DNA of 63,673 nt from a virus. Lineage: Duplodnaviria > Caudoviricetes. Both the position numbers and the translations under genes were made by a program. The stretch covers positions 1 through 63,673 of the IMG/VR virus record IMGVR_UViG_3300045970_000154; one strand, given 5' to 3'. The notes below the pieces were generated by a model. It did no database searches. It was not told the DNA's origin and saw only the letters and a list, made by a program, of their open reading frames with translations. Of this stretch, positions 59,207-63,673 are shown one piece after another (position 1 is the first letter of the stretch; every line of letters begins with the position of its first letter).

Positions 59207-59280
59207 CATCCGTAGTCAGGCTCGAACTGACATTTCCCGCTGGGAGGCAAGGCGACCGATTCCCGTTAGTCGATACGGAC
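59207..59280 (-). tRNA. degenerate tRNA-Gly(CCC)-like element
   Basis: GTCCGTA/TACGGAT acceptor, GTCAG-TTCGAGC-CTGAC T arm, 6-nt anticodon loop CTCCCA, no encoded CCA. Confidence 0.5.
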
Positions 59281-59342
59281 ATGGGTTGTGGCTCTACTTT
59301 AAATGGCGAGACATACATCTCAGCGTCGCCGCTTTTAACCAT

Positions 59343-60100
59343 CCTGGCCTAGCACTTCGCACCAGACAATTCCCGACTAGTCGGGAAATTGCTTCGTAGT
59401 TGACCGATGTTAAGGACACCGGACGAACCTTTACTATATGTGACTCCTTGCCGTTCCTGTACGTGCGTTCCCACTAAAGAGAAATGTCGCACCTCATTGC
59501 TACTAGGCAGGTTGTCAGAGCTTGCGCTCTAATGTCAGGTGTTACCTGACTCGTTGGCTATCGCCGGTAGTGGGACTGTTAGGGCAACCCACTACTATAT
59601 TCACAGATTTCATCATCTATACCGCGCTGCGTTGAAAGCGTAGCACTTATTTTTAGCTACGTAGTTTGACGTAGCATTCCAAAAAGAGCATGACGTAGGT
59701 CTCTTTTCAACTCCCCCGCTGTTAAGCCCCGGAGCAAGACAAAGGCGGAAAGATTATCCTTCAGGCGGTGGTCAGGCGGCTTTGTAGGCCGACAACCATT
59801 CGACTGTCATAGCTTGCGCTATGAGGATTGGGTACCAAGTAATACCCTTCCGTGTCTAAGGTCGCACATTAATTAGTGTGCTAGTCTGTTTGGTTATGGT
59901 GTGATGTATCACCATGCCTAATCGTTCGGGACTTACGCGAAGATGCCTCACGGCAATGTCGCTTTGCCCTATCTAAGGAACCGCTTAAGTCGGCGGTTAA
60001 ACCAAAGACCTTTTGGCTATTCAGTTGAGAAAGACCATGTTCCTAGTGGCGCGGCAAGTCTCCAGTAGTGACCCCGAAAGGTTCTGTTGACGTTCGTTGT
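59343..60100 (-). ncRNA. putative large structured ncRNA (~700 nt)
   Basis: ORF-free, own promoter, boxA-like GTCTTTCTCAACTGAATA, many hairpins including GNRA loops, upstream of tRNAs. Confidence 0.55.
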
Positions 60101-60106
60101 GAGATA

Positions 60107-60135
60107 ACTATACAGAAGCGACTAACTACAGTCAA
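60107..60135 (-). promoter_or_regulatory. sigma70-type promoter TTGACT-17-TATAGT
   Basis: Points into the ncRNA/tRNA cluster. Confidence 0.75.
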
Positions 60136-61632
60136 GCAATTTATTTAGGGTACACCGTTTTTTATTTCGACCTCCTGTTTGGTGCGACATATGTCGCACC
60201 GGCAAGCTCTACATTAGTTACCCCGGCCTAGCAAGTTCGCACCGGACATTTGCGTCCGGGACGCAAATGCTTCGTGGCTTACCTGCTTGACGGAGCAGGC
60301 ACCGGTAGATAATGGTTTAGGCGGGAGTAACGAGAGCCGGTGCGAGACCAGCAGCGGCTTTCTGGACGATAATTTCCAAGCACCGGGAGATAACGTCTTC
60401 GGAGGTGATAAGCCCCTCTTCAAACTCCAGTTCCGCCTCTTCCATCCGGTTGAACATTTCCTGGAACAGGCTGATCTTCTTTTTATAATCTTCGTTGCTC
60501 ATTTCAGTCTCCTTGGTTTGCGTCCGGGACGCAAAGAGTTACTTGATGATTTTGCCCTTGACGATCACATCGTTCGGGAACTGCCCCACTTCGCATCCTG
60601 CGGCCCAGAGGATCTGACCGATCTTTCCGCGTTTCGTTTCCTTGGCCCAATCTCTCATCGAAGGTTTCATCGCTTGCTCCTTTTGGTGCGACGTGTCGCA
60701 CCTGTGATCTGATACTCCTTAGACCAGCACTGCCCGACCTGAGACGCACCTTTAGTGCAACCAGCAGCAGCGCGACAGGTAGTGCAGAGTTCCGCAACTG
60801 CGGAAGCATAAGATTGCGGGAACGAAGACAACTTTGGTGGATTGAATTTCACCGTAGCCGGTAAGTGTCTGCTCTTCGCAACGTCGAACGTGTTATCGTG
60901 AAACGCAGTTGAAACACTCATGTCAGTCTCCTTGGTTTGCGTCCGGGACGCAAAGCTTGTACCGTTTAGCGTAGCGTTTCCACTTCAGTTCCTTCGCGCC
61001 AACCCCAGACAACTCAATAACGCACTTGGCGAGGTCAAGCTGGATGGACTCCACGAGAGCCGACAGTCGCTCGATCTCTTCGGTCAGGTTTTTCCTTTCA
61101 GTTTCGCAAATCCACATACGGTAATCAAACAGCTCTTTCGGTGTCGCTCTCTGGTACTTGCCTCGTCCTTCGTAGCTGCGAACTTCGCTCATCTCATCTC
61201 CTTTGCGTCCGGGACGCAAACCGTGTTGTTGTCGTTGGTGCGACATTTGTCGCACCTACAGGATATCCCGAAGCTCGAACGAGTAGGTGTCAGTCACGGC
61301 GGACGTAGACATACCGGTGAGGCAACTCATCTCGATGATGGCGTCGTCCAGGTCGATGCACTCTCCCCTAAGCACTTCCTTGTCAGTAGCTTTACCGCGA
61401 ACAATTACATACATCATACCTACCCCTTTCGTGTCCTCCACATTAATTGCTCCGGCCTAGGATTTCGCACCGGACGTTGCACAAGCGCAACGCTTCGTGG
61501 TTTGAGCGGGATGGTTAATCCCGCTATTTGTACCCATCACCAAGGACAGGCACCGTCACATTATAAACATAGGCAGCTCCTTTAGGGTAGAGGCTTGAGG
61601 TGCGACATGTGTCGCACCTCTCAATCAGTGGG

Positions 61633-62184
61633 CTAGGCAGCGGCAACCGTAGCCTGGGCACGCAGGGCGATCTCCGCCTGAACCTGATGCAGCAGGGCGG
61701 TCAGTTCGGCGTCGGTCAGGGACGAGAGGGACTTCGTCTCAGAAGCGGCTTTCTGGAGTTCATTAGCGGCCTCAGCAGCAGCCTTTTCAGCAGCTTTTTT
61801 GGCAACTTCGGCGGCTTTTTCGGCGGCTTTTTCGGCACCCGTCAGCTCAACCGGCTTCGGTTTTTCGATCATGAGTCCGGTGACAGGGTCGGCAACACAG
61901 TTGCGCTCGAACATCTTGGAGAGCGAGCGGTGAGCGGCCCACGCGTCGGGATTCCCTTTGAGGGAATCGACGGAGAAAGCCAGCCGGAAGCGGTCTTTGG
62001 CGAAGTTGAGGAAGTCGACGTGCTTGACTTCATCTTCTTTGGCCATTGCGATGAACAGTGCGTTGCCGTTGGCGATCTTGCCGTGAGCGACGGACAGACC
62101 TTTGGCCAGCTTGCCGTACTCATCGACCCGAAGAGCGTTGATGGTAGTAGCGACGGACAGGACGATCTCGATTTTAACGGACAT
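61633..62184 (-). CDS. early protein with Ala/Lys/Glu-rich helical C-terminus
   Basis: AAGGAG RBS before MSVKIEIV; first substantial gene after the terminal promoters. Confidence 0.7.
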   Translation of the reverse strand: MSVKIEIVLSVATTINALRVDEYGKLAKGLSVAHGKIANGNALFIAMAKEDEVKHVDFLNFAKDRFRLAFSVDSLKGNPDAWAAHRSLSKMFERNCVADPVTGLMIEKPKPVELTGAEKAAEKAAEVAKKAAEKAAAEAANELQKAASETKSLSSLTDAELTALLHQVQAEIALRAQATVAAA

Positions 62185-62320
62185 GACATTCTCCTTTTTG
62201 GTGCGACTTGTGTCGCACTTGGTTGATGTTGCGTGAACTTGATTTGCGTCCCGGACGCAAAGGATAACCTCACTTGATGCGTCCCGGTTGCGGTGACTTG
62301 CCTCTCTTGACCGTGAATAC

Positions 62321-62929
62321 ATTATAACACAACTGGATTCTTAGTCAAGCATTACTTTTTAAGCAGTTGTGATTAGTTTAGCAGTAAAAAAATTCAGCGA
62401 ACTTCTCATAATTCTCTTCCGTCATACAGCCAGACTGGTACAGCTCAAAAATGTTGTAGCGGATAGCCTGCTTTCCCTCTTTAGTTTCGCCGTTGTAGTA
62501 CCCTTGAAAAGACGCCGTGATACTCATCTCATCCCCCTTTGCGTCCGGGACGCAAACCGTTGCGACAAGTGTCGCACCGTCCAGCGTCCCTGTTAGTTGC
62601 CTCTCTCCAGCGTGAAAACATTATACCATAAGTAGATTTTTAGTCAAGCTATTTCTTTTATCATTCCAAGCACTTACTTTGCGTCCGGGACGCAAATGCT
62701 GACGCATTTGGCGACCAAGGTACGCAAACCACATTTTTTTCCTTTTCGACACCTTGCACATTCTTTTCCTATCAACGCTTGCGCGATATAGTGGTTATCC
62801 TTTAATCATCCTACTGAATACTGAAAAGCTTTTACTTTGCGTCCGGGACGCAAATGGTTCTGGGCAGTTACTCGTTGCGTGATACTCTCCATCGTGAAGA
62901 CATTATACCACAACTGGATTCTTAGTCAA
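62321..62929 (-). promoter_or_regulatory. three tandem early promoters TTGACT-16-TATAAT (62321-62348, 62620-62647, 62902-62929)
   Basis: Shared module CTTGACTAARAATCYAsTT.TG.TATAATGT.TTCACG at 280-300 bp spacing. Confidence 0.8.
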
Positions 62930-62995
62930 GTTTTATTATCTATCCTATAGCGGATAGTTAAACATTTTATTTTGGTATGCAAAGCGGCCTTTCTT

Positions 62996-63106
62996 TTTCG
63001 GTGACAGTTTCGGTGAACCATCAAAGACATTTTCGGTGAACCATCAAAGACATTTTCGGTGACGGATTCGGTGAACCATCAAAGACATTTTCGGTGACGG
63101 ATTCGG
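62996..63106. repeat. iteron-like tandem repeat with TTCGGTGA core
   Basis: Six TTCGGTGA cores, three followed by ACCATCAAAGACATT, spaced 11-12 or 23 bp. Confidence 0.85.
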
Positions 63107-63434
63107 CTTGTCCCGAATTCTCGCCTTTTCTTATTCCTAGTCAATTTCTACATACCTTTGCGTCCGGGACGCAAACCATACGCGAATAATCCGTACAGTG
63201 CGACAAATGTCGCAACATATTCCTTAAAAGACACTTATAATACTCCAAGCAAGTCACTTGTAACACAGTCAACGGGTGTTGACTGTTTTACATCTTTACT
63301 GTTCTACAAGTAAATTGGTTGCGCTCTTTAAAATGTGTATCATACACGCGTAGAGAATTATGAAAAATGTCTATTATGCGCGCGCGCCTTATGATGGCTG
63401 GTATAGTTATGTTTTGCGTCCAGGACGCAAATAA

Positions 63435-63673
63435 GGCATCGCCCAGGGCATCGCCTGTGCCTCGCCCAGGGCATCGCCTGTGCCTCGCCCAGGGCATCGC
63501 CTGTGCCTCGCCCAGGGCATCGCCTGTGCCTCGCCCAGGGCATCGCCTGTGCCTCGCCCAGGGCATCGCCTGTGCCTCGCCCAGGGCATCGCCTGTGCCT
63601 CGCCCAGGGCATCGCCTGTGCCTCGCCCAGGGCATCGCCTGTGCCTCGCCCAGGGCATCGCCTGTGCCTCGCC
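63435..63673. repeat. perfect 23-bp tandem repeat GGCATCGCCTGTGCCTCGCCCAG, about 10 copies, runs off window
   Basis: Read directly; the spurious ORFs here have a matching 23-aa period. Confidence 0.95.

Larger units (their letters stand above)
8624..63215. repeat. dispersed palindrome GTGCGACATGTCGCAC, about 34 copies
   Basis: Copies start at 8624, 11563, 19162, 26514, 30672, 34613, 37271, 40514, 42286, 44161, 45727, 48018, 49745, 50999, 51694, 52449, 52608, 53944, 54266, 55640, 56061, 56510, 56878, 57402, 57770, 58666, 59179, 60182, 60686, 61238, 61600, 62201, 62560, 63198. Some have 1-3 mismatches or a 2-nt longer centre. Confidence 0.95.
60249..63431. repeat. palindrome TTTGCGTCC-N-GGACGCAAA, 10 copies
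   Basis: Copies start at 60249, 60517, 60936, 61202, 62243, 62538, 62678, 62836, 63157, 63413. Confidence 0.95.

Noticed and set aside
43678-61503. Five-copy RNA motif as a cobalamin riboswitch or known ribozyme
   Set aside because: Only the GGUGCGAA T-loop-like part resembles these; the B12 box and the catalytic cores of hammerhead, twister, pistol and HDV ribozymes are absent.
81-62596. Long + strand ORFs such as 81-710, 16515-17243, 45963-46805, 60920-61585 and 61600-62226
   Set aside because: They are antisense shadows of well-supported - strand genes, with no recognisable motifs.
63435-63673. CRISPR array, or the three overlapping MPWARHRR ORFs
   Set aside because: Units are identical and contiguous with no spacers and no cas genes; the ORFs arise because the repeat lacks stops.
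1-63673. Stop-codon reassignment
   Set aside because: Core genes are full length under the standard code, TAA, TAG and TGA all end genes, and no suppressor anticodon was seen.

Overview
This window is roughly half of a large lytic dsDNA tailed-phage genome. Nearly all real genes are on the - strand, and no capsid, tail or terminase genes are present. The left part (1-33 kb) is a T5-like replication, recombination and nucleotide-metabolism block: RuvC, SbcC/SbcD, SSB-like protein, flap endonuclease, ATP-dependent ligase, family A DNA polymerase, primase, DnaB, SF2 helicase, ThyX, PIN-PhoH, two RNA ligases and a lytic transglycosylase. The right part (33-63.7 kb) is an accessory/early region ending in tandem sigma70 promoters and repeats that look like a genome end. 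Main unusual features: (1) about 28 paralogous 70-140 aa genes in translationally coupled tandem arrays, with motifs reminiscent of DUF2829/Tad2-type nucleotide-signal sponges (inference); (2) about 34 copies of the palindrome GTGCGACATGTCGCAC, mostly just 5' of ribosome-binding sites, plus 10 copies of a second palindrome near the end; (3) an RNA cluster at 57.4-60.1 kb with a ~700-nt structured non-coding region, a ~320-nt closed RNA with heptamer repeats, a CCA-anticodon tRNA on a Ser-like body and two aberrant tRNA-like elements; (4) a five-copy covarying RNA motif; (5) an apparently catalytically dead paralog of the DNA ligase; (6) a probable ATT start codon on the flap endonuclease. All calls come from reading motifs by eye; no database search or folding was run, and repeat counts are manual.
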